DNA of 64,000 bases, from contig JAQFVV010000007.1 in NCBI GenBank assembly GCA_028023455.1, forward strand, positions 15,376,001 to 15,440,000, in the 5' to 3' direction. The stretch is from Epiperipatus broadwayi. Taxonomy: Eukaryota > Animalia > Onychophora. This document shows positions 1-11,654 of this stretch, piece after piece (position 1 is the stretch's first letter; the number at the start of each line of letters is the position of its first letter). The notes under the pieces were generated by a model. That model was not told the DNA's origin. It was given only the letters and a program-made list of their open reading frames with translations, and did not search any database. The position numbers and the translations under genes are program-made.

Positions 1-1654
1 AGATTGGGTGTACATATATACAATATTTTTATTTTGCGAAGAAATGTTCAAAGTAAGCTGGACGAGTTGCATTTATATATCACAGCGAAATAAACGAAGT
101 GGTGAATTTATTAATATCTGTGAGGAAATAAGTAACAGTACATTTCATAAATTGTTTTTATATGTAATGTGTAAAGAGAGGCATTCAATTTTAGCATTTT
201 AATTTTACCTATTCGCAGAACAATAATGCTTCTCTAAATGTATTAAAATATAAGCATTTTGGGAACTTGACCCAACTAATTATAATCACATTTCACTTTC
301 ACACACACACACGCGCATACAGACAGATTACTTATATATTAGAATTCAGTTATGAAATAAAGTTACAGCAGTGAGTAATATTTAATGCTGAAATAAATCT
401 TTTCAACATCACGTCTAAAGAAGAAAAAAGTCTGTCAATTGTTTATTCTTAAGTTAAACAAGCGAAAGCCGCACAGTCAAACATTTTCTAAAAGTCATTA
501 TTTTTAGTCAGCAAAACTTTGCCTTTGTTAAAAAGTGAACCATAGTAAGTTAATCTATTCTTTAAATTGAAAGGAAGGGGGAATTGATTTTTTTTTTTAA
601 AAAAAAAAGGGAGAAGATATTAATAGTATAAAATTAGATTATTAATTCATATGCTTAAATAAAACAATATTAAGTTTATAACAATTAAAATTTAGTGACT
701 CTTCCCAATCTTGGCTCTATGCTAAGAGCTTTAATTTGGTGCCAAGGATTTTTCAATAAATATTTTTAAAAAAATACATAATGTTAATCAAAATTTAGAG
801 ATAGAGACACAAGAAGCTATTTCACATACACATACACTCATTACTTACATATCAGGATTCAATTATGGAATGAAGAAGCTTAAAGTTATAAAACAATTTT
901 CCATTATTAGTATATTTTGTTCAGAGAGATTTATGAACATGCTACTATGGAGTAAGATTTATATTTGTTTCACTCGTCATTACAATGATCTGATTCTATC
1001 TATCCTTTTTTATATTCTCCAGCTGTCATGCATCAGCATAAATGACATGCCATTTTCAGTAAATATATGATAATCATGTTGCTACTGTAGGCTTTTGGAA
1101 TTTAACACAATTAGGATTGCTATTTCAATACCTCTTTATAATCTTCATTCTTCTTCCATGTCAGTTAAAATATATTGTAAAAAACATCATGTTTATTCAT
1201 GTGATGAAGTGTGGATTATTATATCACTATGTTAAGCTACCAGAATGCAATATTCCAAAGTTCTTACTTTTTCCATACATCAATACAATAATTAAGTTTC
1301 ATCTGTGCGCATCTTAATAGTAATAATCTTTGCTAATTCCAAACACAAATGTTCTCATACTACTAGTGGATTTTTAAAGGGTTTTATTTTTATTGAGAGA
1401 CCCTAAATATAACTCCCACATTACTCCTTTATTTCAAATTATGGAATTCTCCTTTGTACATTTTATTTCATTTACTCTACTTTGTCTGTCTGTTTGAAAA
1501 ATTTTATAACTCAATATTCTCCCACTTTCCAATTTCCAATCTAGTTGAAACTTACCATAAACATGTATTCCTAATGTTAATACATTTTTTGAGAGATTAT
1601 AGTCAATTTTACCAAAAAAAAAAAAATCAAATTTAAATTTCTAATTTTATATAG

Positions 1655-2232
1655 GATGTGATGTGATGTACTGTAGCTTCTCCTTAAACGGAGTCAAGAA
1701 TCTCTCAACAATTATGCCCAGAGAAACCTGTTAGCCACTTTATTTTCCATTCCCCAGTCTAAGTTTTCCCATATTCTGCTCCATCCCATTTCTACAACAT
1801 AATCTTTGTCAACTCTATTGCCTTTATATCTAAATCCCTCTTATCTTTTTCCAAACCCAGCATAAAAACCAATAATCCACTTTCTGTACAATCACTTTTT
1901 TCATATTTATTATTCCATAACTTCATTATATGTACCCTTTCTGTTTTCAAGCATTTACATTCAATTAACAGATGCCTAATATTTTCTATTCCTTCCTTAC
2001 ATAATTTACAGACTAAATCATCCATATTTTTCCACTTACATGTATATTCTCTTGTTGCTAAAGATCCCGTTCGAGCCTTAAACAATAAACTACATTCATT
2101 ACTATTATCATATATTAACTCGCGCCTAATATTCTGTTTATTTCTATATATATTTAAACTCTTTTTACTCTCCATACTAGTTCTCCATATCTCTAACTTC
2201 CTATTTTTTATTAATAAATCTATTCTTTTATC
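1655..2232 (-). mobile_element. Non-LTR retrotransposon family B, 5'-truncated 3' fragment (ORF2 C-terminus with CCHC zinc knuckle)
   Basis: ORF 1792..2175 reads YDNSNECSLLFKARTGSL...CKLCKEGIENIRHLLIEC. It has an (ACATC)n tail (TGTGATGTGATG on +) and near-identical copies at 32493 and 53385. Confidence 0.85.
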
Positions 2233-3213
2233 TAGTGGTATTAAATTGTGCCTAATCTTTTTTCTTTTTTTAAAAAATAATTTCTGGAACTATAATTTTT
2301 TTTCATTTTTTAATTTTATAAATAAATTATTTTATTCACAGGAATGCACTAATAGGTAAAAAATGCACTAAAAATTAAAAATAAATTTTCTTCAGCTTTC
2401 ACAAGTAATCACTGGTAAATAATTGGGATTATAAATTGTATCAGTGCCAATCTATATGTCAGATCACTTGCAACTATCACCCATTGTTTTGTATCAATAC
2501 TAAGTGCTTATTAGTTGCAAGATATGAATAGACTGAAACTGATGATTGTCTTATATTTTTATTCGTAAAAGCTGAAGACATTTTTTTATATTTTTTAATA
2601 TATTAATGAGTATACAAATATTTCTTTAACTTTTTATAACTATTTTTTATTTGGTATATAGTTTTAATAAAGTGACATCAGAATAGAAAATACAAACAAT
2701 AGTTTGCTCTATCACAGCCCCTAATTTTATTATAGTATAAATAAATCATCATTAATACTCAGATAATTTTTTTTTCTTTTGTACTGAAAATAAGCCCCTA
2801 AACACTGATAAAATGCTCCTCATGGAAACTATTGAACTTTTAGAATCCTATATAAAATAAGTTCTAAGAAATGTGTTAATTTCAATTTTATTCCCAGTAT
2901 TAAATTTTTTGTTTTTGTGTACATTCAATATTTAAATTGACTTTTACAATTATCTAACTAAACTTATTCAGACAGCTTTTTATATGATGTCATACATTGT
3001 TCTTACTCTCAGTGTATGACCATTTATACGTATGTCTAAAGTATTCCAGTGATTAATTGTTATATTTTAAGTTATATTTAATATAATTCAAAATAAGATA
3101 GAAATATGATAAAAAACATTTTTTAAAGATAAACTTAAAACTTTTACTCCACCATATATTTTAAAAATATATGATTAAAAATATCTGAATAAGATAAATG
3201 ATCTTCAAGTTGC

Positions 3214-3291
3214 TGATGTGATGTGATGTATTTGGCTTCTCCTTAAATGAAGTCAAAAATATCTCAACAATTATGCCCAGATAAACCTGTT
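3214..3291 (-). mobile_element. Family B LINE, extreme 3' terminus only (~80 bp)
   Basis: GATGTGATGTGATGTA...CTTCTCCTTAAA...ATTATGCCCAGA..AAACCTGTT matches the tail end of the 1655 and 32493 copies. Confidence 0.75.
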
Positions 3292-3402
3292 GCATTTCAT
3301 GCTGAACCAGCACTCTTCAGTTGGTCAAAATCACAATCTCTTATTGCTTTCATAATTTGTTGAGTATTTAACAACACCAATGTATTAAATATTGATTTAG
3401 AA

Positions 3403-3996
3403 GTGTCAAACTTTCTGCACTCACTACTTTGACATCAAACAATTCAGATAAGTACATTAATGATTATAATTAATCATTAATTAGGCTAATGATTATTATA
3501 TCATTTATCCCAGATATAAATTTTAACTACAGTTTGATTTACATGGGTCAAAGTTTTAGCACTCACAACTTTGATATCAAGCACTTCAGATAAATACATT
3601 AATTATTATTATTAATTTTTTATGAAAGTAGAAATTATTATATCATTCATAGTTTACATATACACTTTAAACTATTGTTTTTATACAAATTGATCTACAG
3701 GAATCAACCTTTTTGTACTCACAACTTTGATATCAAACAATTCAAATAAGTACATTAATGATTATTATTATTTTTTTATGAGACTAGAAATTATCATATC
3801 ATTCATAGTTTATATATAAACTTTAAACTATTGTCTTTGTTACAAATTAATCTACAGGTGTCAAGCTTTCTGCACTCACAATTTTGACATGATCTATTTC
3901 AGATATATACATTAATGAGTATTACTAATCATTTATTAGACTAGTGATTATCATATCATTCCTAACCCAGATAGAAACTTTAAACCCAGTTAAAGA
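3403..3996. repeat. Tandem array of four ~143-157 bp units
   Basis: The core (G)TCAA..TTT.TGCACTCACAACTTTGA.ATCAA..A.TTCAGATAA.TACATTAAT recurs at about 3403, 3546, 3701 and 3858. An inverted partial unit lies at about 4110-4172. Confidence 0.85.
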
Positions 3997-4699
3997 TTAA
4001 TATATCTTTTTTAAAAATTAAACATTAGGTTCAGTTGAAAAACTGATATATTCAACTTTAACTAAGATTTAAAGTTTTTATCTGTGCTACTTTAATAAGT
4101 GACTAGTAATAATCACTAATGTATATATCTAGAGTAATTGCTTTCAAAGTTGTGAGTGCAATATTTTGACATTTGTAAATCAGTATTTCCTGGCTGCATT
4201 TTAAACTCTCTTGCATGGTTGCATTCATGCTAATTTATGAGACTTGGGTAAACAACTTAGACATTCTGTAATCATTGGTCAACAAAAGAAATTTAAAAGG
4301 ATAGCTGACAATGAGGTTTCCAACAGTTTTTCATAAAAGAACAGGGAAGAAGAAGTTGATGAGAATTTGGGTTGTTTTTTAATTCTTGTTTATTTATTAG
4401 CTAAGAATAGATGGTTACGCATTAAATGATCAGTAATAAATGGTAAGTTCAGTTAGCTCTCCAGGTACCTAAAAAGTTGTAGTCTTATTATAAAGTAAAA
4501 AAGTTCATGTTTTACCCAACCTAGATTTAAACTCCCATGATATAACAAATATTCACTGACACTAATAATATTTATTTTTCCAAATCCTGCAAACTCCTAT
4601 GAAAATAATGAATAAATCAGTAGACACATAATAGCTATATGGTGTAACTTCTTTTTCTAGATAATTGCACTTCTGTTTGGAGAGAGTATTATTCTTCAT

Positions 4700-5790
4700 T
4701 TTACATCAGTTTTTAATCTCATTTTGCCATTCAAAGCCTAAGCAGCTCAAGATTTGAACTGAAGACAATCATCTAACAAAAGGTCAATAAATTTATTTTA
4801 GTGACCCCACTTATAATTGATGAATATATTTATATAGATTTTTTCATTTTTTTAATTGATGTCAATAATAGATCAATATCTCATATTCCTACATAAGTAT
4901 GGCAAAAGTCTACTCCACATATAACTAATTATATCAATAGGATGACTAAGTCTAAATTTTAAATTGATATATGCATTATTAGCATTGTAGTTTAATACAT
5001 CTCCACACTGTAATGCTCCAATATCTAATTCCACATTTCTATCTAAAATGCACTCCAGATATTTAAAGGTATTCTCATTTTTAAGTTGATAATCATCCAA
5101 GCTAAAGATCGCTGAATATTTTTTTCCTGTTACAAATTGATTAAGTATCCAAGTGAAAACATCTTTATATATTGCATTCAAAACATTATGCAAATTTTCC
5201 ATTGTGTTTGCATAGCAAAAACATTAGCATAGAAAATCCAGAAACCAAAAGTATAAAGTTTTTGTTTTTCTTTCAACTGGTTAAAATTAAACTTTCCACC
5301 TGCAAATCTATACAACTTCATGATGTCTCCTTTATAAAATCACATATATTATTCTAAAGATTTAAAAAAAAAATTGGCAAAACAAAATGGCAAATGGTGT
5401 ATCTCTCTGGTTAATACCAGTTTTTATTTCAAATGACTCAGATTTTTCACTAGCAGAAGCAATATTTCCTCTCATTCCAGCAAGCAGAAGCATATAATAT
5501 GAACGAACTTCAATGCAACCAACTAATTACAAACATTGCCTTTCTTATATCAAATGCCTTGATAAAGTCATTAAAACAAAATTGTAATTATACTTTTGCT
5601 TCAACATATATATATCAGATTCAAAAAAACCAACTAAAGTTAAGCATTTATCTAATAGTTAACTATCAAGAAGACGGTCTGAAAGCTTTAGACATCTACA
5701 TGTCTTTAAAGTCAGCTCTCCAACTGAAAAATTTATATGGGCCTGAACTTAAACCAGATACTCCACATATTAATAGGCTTAGCCATTTAA
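4700..5790 (-). mobile_element. Degenerate LINE reverse-transcriptase relic (RTE/CR1-like)
   Basis: Minus-strand translations give SESFEIKTGINQRD (GxxQG motif) and FSLDDYQLKNENTFKYLECIL (FKYLG thumb motif), with frameshifts and stops. Confidence 0.65.
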
Positions 5791-5813
5791 TTTAGCCAAA
5801 GCCCCAATAGCAA

Positions 5814-5880
<67 letters not shown>
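5814..5880. repeat. (AAT)n microsatellite, ~22 units
   Basis: Direct reading of an uninterrupted AAT run. Confidence 0.95.
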
Positions 5881-6681
5881 GAAAGTCAGATATCACATGA
5901 CATATATCCTAGATAAAGATGATATATATTTACTTGGAAACTAAAAGCTTTCTCTTGGTTCATTAAAAACACATTAATATGTATATAACTTAAATGTTTC
6001 TTGTATATACATTAATACTCGTATATACTTTGTTTTTATTATTAAAATTTTATTTAATAAAAACACACACACATACTGAATAGTAAATAAATATTTGATT
6101 GAAAGCAACCTATTTAACAAAATCCTTTAAAATAATTTTGTTCTAGTGCAATACTAAACTTGTAACATTATGAAATTAATTTTAGCCCATTGAATCCCAG
6201 ACTGTAAAAATAAAAAATAAGAATTAAATCTTACAAAATAATATTGTATTAAAAAAAAAATTGTTATTAATATTAAAAAAAAAAAATTAAAACAAACATT
6301 CAAATTGAGTGAATCAAGCTAAAAAAAGAAGTTACGTGATCTTTCTGTAAATAAACATTTCACACTTATTTAATTTTAATATGTAAATTGTGTTTAAATT
6401 TCATTTTATAATTATTTTACTTCATAAACCCTTGCAGATTATTCCTTTATAAAAATTATTTAAATCAATGAAATTGATAAAATACAAAACGACAATATAC
6501 CTGACTGATTTAATCTTATATTTTTTTCTATAGCTCATTGTAATATTAAGAAAAAAAAAGCTAAATACTAATCTGCATTAACATATTTTATACAAAAAAG
6601 AATAGGAGAACAAAAATTGTATGATGTTAGTGAAATTACAAGTAAAAGAATTGGTTCACAAGTTGCAAAACATTGACTCTC

Positions 6682-6770
6682 CCCTCTACTGCAATAGATT
6701 ATAATGGCATTCCATGATAATGACCCTCCTCTCTATTGCAAGAGATTATAATGGCATTCAATGATAATCC
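6682..6770. repeat. ~45-bp tandem duplication
   Basis: CTCTA(C/T)TGCAA(T/G)AGATTATAATGGCATTC(C/A)ATGATAAT occurs twice in tandem. Confidence 0.85.
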
Positions 6771-7267
6771 TTTTCTTTGTACACTTTGGAACAATAAAAG
6801 TATTTTTAAAATAACTTTATGGATTTTCATGTTTCTAAAAAATCTTAATGCTTTTAGAATCAACATATCACCACTATATTTGAAAAATTCTCCACCAATC
6901 TCATCAGAAACAACAGGCCTTTTATTATGCAAGATATTTTTGTCCAGATCTAAATAAGTGGTGACTATCATTAAAGGCCATCATATAATTTTTTATTCCA
7001 TTTTTTAAAAAGTGATCAAATTATTCTCTCCACTTCTGCTTACATTATCATCATTATAAAATAAAAGAGTGCTATCTCTAGATTTAATAAGTTTATATAT
7101 TTTTGGATCCATGTTACTTGTAGGTCATCAAAGAAGATATAAAGTAATCACGATCAGCAAATCATTGTATTTCTATGGTGAATTTAGTCCACACATCATA
7201 TTACATTTCTTGTTAATTATTGAACTTAAATTTTTAAATTACTTATGAACCTCCACATTCAATTTAT

Positions 7268-7611
7268 TACTATATAATACTAAATCATCCATGCACTTTA
7301 CTACTGTTACACAGTGTTTTATTTACCACCCTCTTTTATAGTTTACAGTTTCAATTTACCCAGCAATCTTCTTCAGAATGTTATATCTCCTAATTCCTAA
7401 CTTTAACTGCTCTTGAAGTTAGGAGATATAAAAGTTCTGAAGAAGATTGATTGCTAGAGCAATCAAAACTGTAAATTGTAAAAGAGGATGAAGTTAGGAG
7501 ATATAAAAGTTCTGAAGAAGATTGTCGAAACTGTAAATTGTAAAAGAATGTGGTAAATAAAGTATTGTGTAACAATAGTAAAGTGCATGAATGATTTAGT
7601 ATTATATGGTA
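7268..7611. repeat. Long fold-back palindrome with an internal tandem duplication in the right arm
   Basis: TACTATATAATACTAAATCATCCATGCACTTTAC pairs with GTAAAGTGCATGAATGATTTAGTATTATATGGTA. The inner CAATCTTCTTCAGAA..TATATCTCCTAA pairs with TTAGGAGATATAAAAGTTCTGAAGAAGATTG, which is present twice. Confidence 0.85.
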
Positions 7612-7825
7612 TACATTTGACAATGCAATAAGAAAGAGTAGTTATCATTCTGTTTATTATTGTGCGAAGCAGAGACTACCATTCATTTCATTTTAATTAA
7701 GTCATTCATTACATCAGACAATCACTCAGTATTCATCTTCTTCTTCTTATGATTATTTTGTTTCTATTGCTATATTGTTAAAAAGGTACTTTAGCATTAT
7801 TCAACAGATGACGTTTTATACTTAC

Positions 7826-7847
7826 CGATTTTCCTTCCAGTAGACAT
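7826..7847 (-). CDS. Putative first coding exon (MSTGRKI, phase 1) of an unidentified minus-strand gene
   Basis: ATG TCT ACT GGA AGG AAA ATC G followed by a consensus GTAAGT donor, immediately next to X-box-like motifs. No downstream exon was established. Confidence 0.35.
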
Positions 7848-7848
7848 C

Positions 7849-7882
7849 GTTGCTAATAACATGACAATATTGTCATGGCAAC
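7849..7882. promoter_or_regulatory. RFX X-box-like motif pair inside an 18-bp perfect palindrome
   Basis: GTTGCCATGACAAT (minus strand, 7869-7882) is one mismatch from the X-box consensus. Also present are GTTGCTAATAAC (7849-7860) and the palindrome CATGACAATATTGTCATG (7860-7877). Confidence 0.55.
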
Positions 7883-8234
7883 CAAGATACTGGCATGATT
7901 AATCCAATTTTTGGATTTTTTTGACCTGCAAAATTTAAAAATCGGAGAGAGCTTTAGGAAATTTTGTCATTTGTCTTCTTTTCTGACTAGTCCACCGCAG
8001 TGGATGCTATTTGTAAGTAATTTTCATTTTTATTTCTAATAAATAATGGGTCATTTTGATGTATATTATTTTGTAAATTCTTCTGCAATTATAAAAAATA
8101 CAATTAATTAATTTTATTTTTAATTTCTGAATTATATTATACAGAAATTTTTTTTTTTAAATTCACAGCTGTGAGAGTAATACAATGTCTGGCATTGATG
8201 GTGGTTTTGTATTTTATAATTGAGCATAATATTG

Positions 8235-8300
8235 GTCGTGCCTTCGTCACGTCAAAAACAAAAAAAGCCCCCCCCGCCCATTCCAGTGCTACGCGCTGAC
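8235..8300. promoter_or_regulatory. CpG-rich promoter-like patch with CRE/ATF-like and GC-box motifs
   Basis: CGTCACGTCA at 8245-8254 and CCCCGCCC at 8272-8279, in otherwise CpG-poor DNA. Confidence 0.4.
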
Positions 8301-8663
8301 TTTTCTAATTTTCAGTCAAAAAATGAGACACACTTTCAAATTGTTTGTTTTATATATTTTTAATATGAATAATTGAGTTAAAAATGATAATTTTTAACAC
8401 AAGTACATTTTTTTGATTTTTTTTTTTTAGTTATAAAAATTCGTAATATAGAGTACATTTTAAGTTATTGTCCAGGTCGCCATTAATAATGCCAGATAAT
8501 TGGGAAAAGTAGTTGTCTATTTATTTTTAATTTCCAAAAAAAATTTTGTACAATTATAAAATTTATACTTGGTTACTTTCAATTTCTAAATTATCAAACT
8601 TACCCTTAATTACTTTGAATTTCTAAATTATTTTGATGCACACATGTACATTTTTATTTTATT

Positions 8664-8855
8664 TTTTCCAACCAATGATGTATTACCCTGAAGCCATATC
8701 AGTCTGATCTTGCGATCTTTAATGTGCCGGGTCCACATGATTTGCGGACAAATTTTAGCGATTGCATTTGTTCGCAAATCACTTGGAGACGTTATCTTAA
8801 AGATCTGAAGATCAGACTGATATGGCTTCAGGGTAATACGTCATCGGTTGGAAAA
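8664..8855. mobile_element. Fully palindromic MITE-like element (48-bp near-perfect outer arms, paired interior)
   Basis: TTTTCCAACCAATGATGTATTACCCTGAAGCCATATCAGTCTGATCTT matches its reverse complement at 8808-8855 with 2 mismatches. Inner arms TGATTTGCGGACAAAT/ATTTGTTCGCAAATCA enclose a 12-nt loop. Confidence 0.85.
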
Positions 8856-9509
8856 TACTAAAGAACCGTTAAAAATATATATTATAAAATTATGTGAAAA
8901 TAGTTAAGGATTAAAATAAATGCAGTAATATATACTAATCAGCACTGTAACGTACATTTTCTCCTGAAATCAACTGCCAACTCTGAAATTAAAATTCTGG
9001 GCAGGTTAATTATAATAAAATATTTATTTATAAACTAAACTAAATTTCTGTAAATTGTTTCCGAATAACAAAATGAGAAACTAAATTTTTGTAAATTGTT
9101 TCAGAATAAAACTAATCCTTTACAGCAGAAGCTAATTTTAAAATACTCAGTTTATTTTCAACATAGTTGTTCTTATTATCTTTGCCCTGAAGATTGAATG
9201 CTAAATAATTAAAAAAAGGATTAAAAAATTCTCATATCCCAAAATGAAATCCATGATGCATGGGGAAATTGTTGGCAGATAAGAAAATAAGGTGAGGTTA
9301 TATAAAAGATTTTACTGACAGATTGCAATTCTATAGTGGTGTCAACAAATGTAACATTATTATGCATTAATTTCCATATAAATAAAAAATAAATTGCTTA
9401 TATATATTTAATTATCATTTGTTTAATCATACGGGAGAAAAAATCTAAAAATAATCTCATTTGTAAATTTTTTTTATTAAATCACTATAATATACAATGC
9501 AATATATTA

Positions 9510-9635
9510 GTTGTGATAATGTGTTGGACTATTTTCATCATATATATATATGTTAAATGTTTAGAAATTTTTAAACTTTATTTAAACTTTTCAAATACAA
9601 ACAACTTGTTAGTACAACATGCAAATAGACATTAC
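9510..9635. repeat. Eroded copy of the 26302-26488 fold-back element
   Basis: Shares TGTTGGACTATTT.CATCAT and TTTTAAACTTTATTTAAACTTTTCAAATACAAACAACTT.GTTAGTA with the 26.3 kb copy. The right arm is lost. Confidence 0.8.
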
Positions 9636-10247
9636 AGGTTAGTATATATATATATCATTATACAAGCTCAGGCAAATATAATACAATAGATGTTTTAATG
9701 ACTTTTAGCTATTAGGTTATGGTTTATATTTAAAACTGGCATAGGCACAAGTGAATTCACTTTATGTCATTGTTCTGCACAATATTATATTTAAACATGA
9801 GTAGTTAATAGACCAACCATTGTACATTCATTACTTTCTCATGCAGACATGATCTAGGGAAGAGTGATATAAAATGAATTATTGATGTAATCAAATGTTA
9901 TTTGAATTTCTGACTCATAAACATTACCTGATAAAAATGTGGTCTTTCAATCTTCATTAAAATTGCCCTATTTGATTAAGTGCAGTGGTAAAGTGGTAAT
10001 ATCTGGAGTTTAAAATCCCTGAATTGTGGCATCTGCTCAATTTAATTATTATTAATCTAAATCAAAAAAAGGTAAAACAATTTTTCATGAAATCTCATTA
10101 TCAAATGTGATAAATGTAAAAAAAAAAACAATACTATTTATATATATTAATATTGATTGCTTTCATTTTAAGGAAATGGCTGAGAATAGAATATGTCTAA
10201 GAAATGCATTTGGGTAAGGTGTTAAATGTTTAGAAAAGTAATGTCAA

Positions 10248-10847
10248 TGCTTAAAATTAACCAATAGAACATCAGAAATCTCTTGTCAAGGTAAGGCTCT
10301 GGTAATAAATGGAAATCTACTTATTATCAGATTCTAAGATTTTAATTACGCCACGAGTGACAGAAATTAATTGAAACAAACTGAGATTAAACTTGTCTAC
10401 AAGTTTTAAATAAATTGCATTAAATAAGCTAGCATAAACTGTTTGAGGTTAAGTTAATAGATATAATCATTTTTATAACTCTTCAAAAAACAACACTCTA
10501 TGCTTCAAATATAATAAGCTATAGTGCATGTAGCTAATAGGTTATTGTAAAAATTATAATAATTAGCTATGTGCACTCATGGGTTATTATAGTTAAAGCA
10601 TTGAGTATTAATTTGTTTGAAACATTGTACAAATGATTATTTATTAATCTACCTTCAAAAAGTTTATCCTGACCTGTTTAATGGAGTTTATTTGTAACTT
10701 CTAGATAGTTTTAATCTCAATCTACTTTAATTAATTGCTGTTATTCACAATCTATTTAAGATCTGAGAACCTGGTAAGTATTTCATTTATTATCTCAATA
10801 TTGCCATGACAACAGATTTCTGACATTCTATTGGTTAATTTTAAGCA
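10248..10847. mobile_element. ~600-bp element with ~47-bp terminal inverted repeats (X-box/CCAAT family)
   Basis: TGCTTAAAATTAACCAATAGAACATCAGAAATCTCTTGTCAAGGTAA is the reverse complement of TTGCCATGACAACAGATTTCTGACATTCTATTGGTTAATTTTAAGCA with few mismatches. Confidence 0.75.
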
Positions 10848-11572
10848 CTGATTGAAGTGAAGTGCTTTATATATAATAAACAGTAAGCTGTGTGCATTTA
10901 TGGTTTATTATGTGCATATATTTATGATATACAGATTGATTTGCTTAATCACTGCCAAACTCATCTTTATTTTTAAGTTTTGCTTCTTTTTAGCTCCCCC
11001 CCCCCCAAGATTTAGAGTGACCATATTTGTTTACAATGATTGCTAATGTTACATATGAACAATAGTATATCATTCACACAATTTACTGTTTTTCTAAATT
11101 ATATTTACTTGCATTTACTTTTGTAAAAATCAAAACAAAAATTTATTTAACTTCTTTTTTGCAGAACAAAATTTTTCTTATTTATTTTCTAACTTTAACT
11201 ATAAATTATAATCAAAATTTTTTAAATAACAGACTAAATAGATAACTATCCATTGTGCAAGATTGCAAACTCTTGATCTATCATAATTTACCAAATGTAA
11301 AGGACATCTTCAGCATTTTACTTCATGTACTGTGTCTAATTATATTCACTGGATCATTAATTAGGAAAAGGAATTCTTTCCTAAGCTACATGTTTTAATA
11401 CATTATCTTTATAAGGCTATTCAAAATAGTATGATATCTTATTTTCAGAAACAACTCTGTTAAATTATTATTATCTTTGCTACCAAATAACATCAAAAAC
11501 AATCACACTATTTGATAAGTAATTCTGGAAGAATATAGGTAATCAAATGGTTCATCGCTCAGGAATTTGTAA

Positions 11573-11654
11573 GAAGTTCGAGCATTGGAAATGACAGGAC
11601 TGAATCAGGATCTATGGATTTTGAACTCTAGAGTCTGTTGCTGCACTATTGAGC
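11573..11654 (-). mobile_element. Dispersed short repeat, probable degenerate SINE (second copy at 49301-49367)
   Basis: GAAGTTCGAGCATT.GAAAT...GGATC.AT.GA..TTGAACTC.AGA.TCTGTTGCT is shared between 11573 and 49301. Confidence 0.5.

Noticed and set aside
8-1640. Cluster of 60-66 aa plus-strand ORFs
   Set aside because: Non-ATG starts, the composition of AT-rich non-coding DNA, and no splice support.
2975-3035. 29-nt minus exon (3006-3034) giving MSTGRKI-DIRINGHTLR
   Set aside because: It is in frame but has a weak acceptor, and such short open segments arise by chance.
4873-5202. 109-aa minus ORF as a host gene
   Set aside because: It contains the LINE RT FKYL(G/E)CIL motif and is continuous with an upstream GxxQ RT segment.
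6699-7200. 90-aa minus ORF as an exon of the MSTGRKI gene
   Set aside because: There is no compatible acceptor, the adjoining frames are full of stops, and the ORF end is built from a 45-bp duplication. It is likely a decayed element.
10764-10776. 13-nt plus micro-exon ending CTG|GTAAGT
   Set aside because: It lies inside a TIR element and has no polypyrimidine tract.
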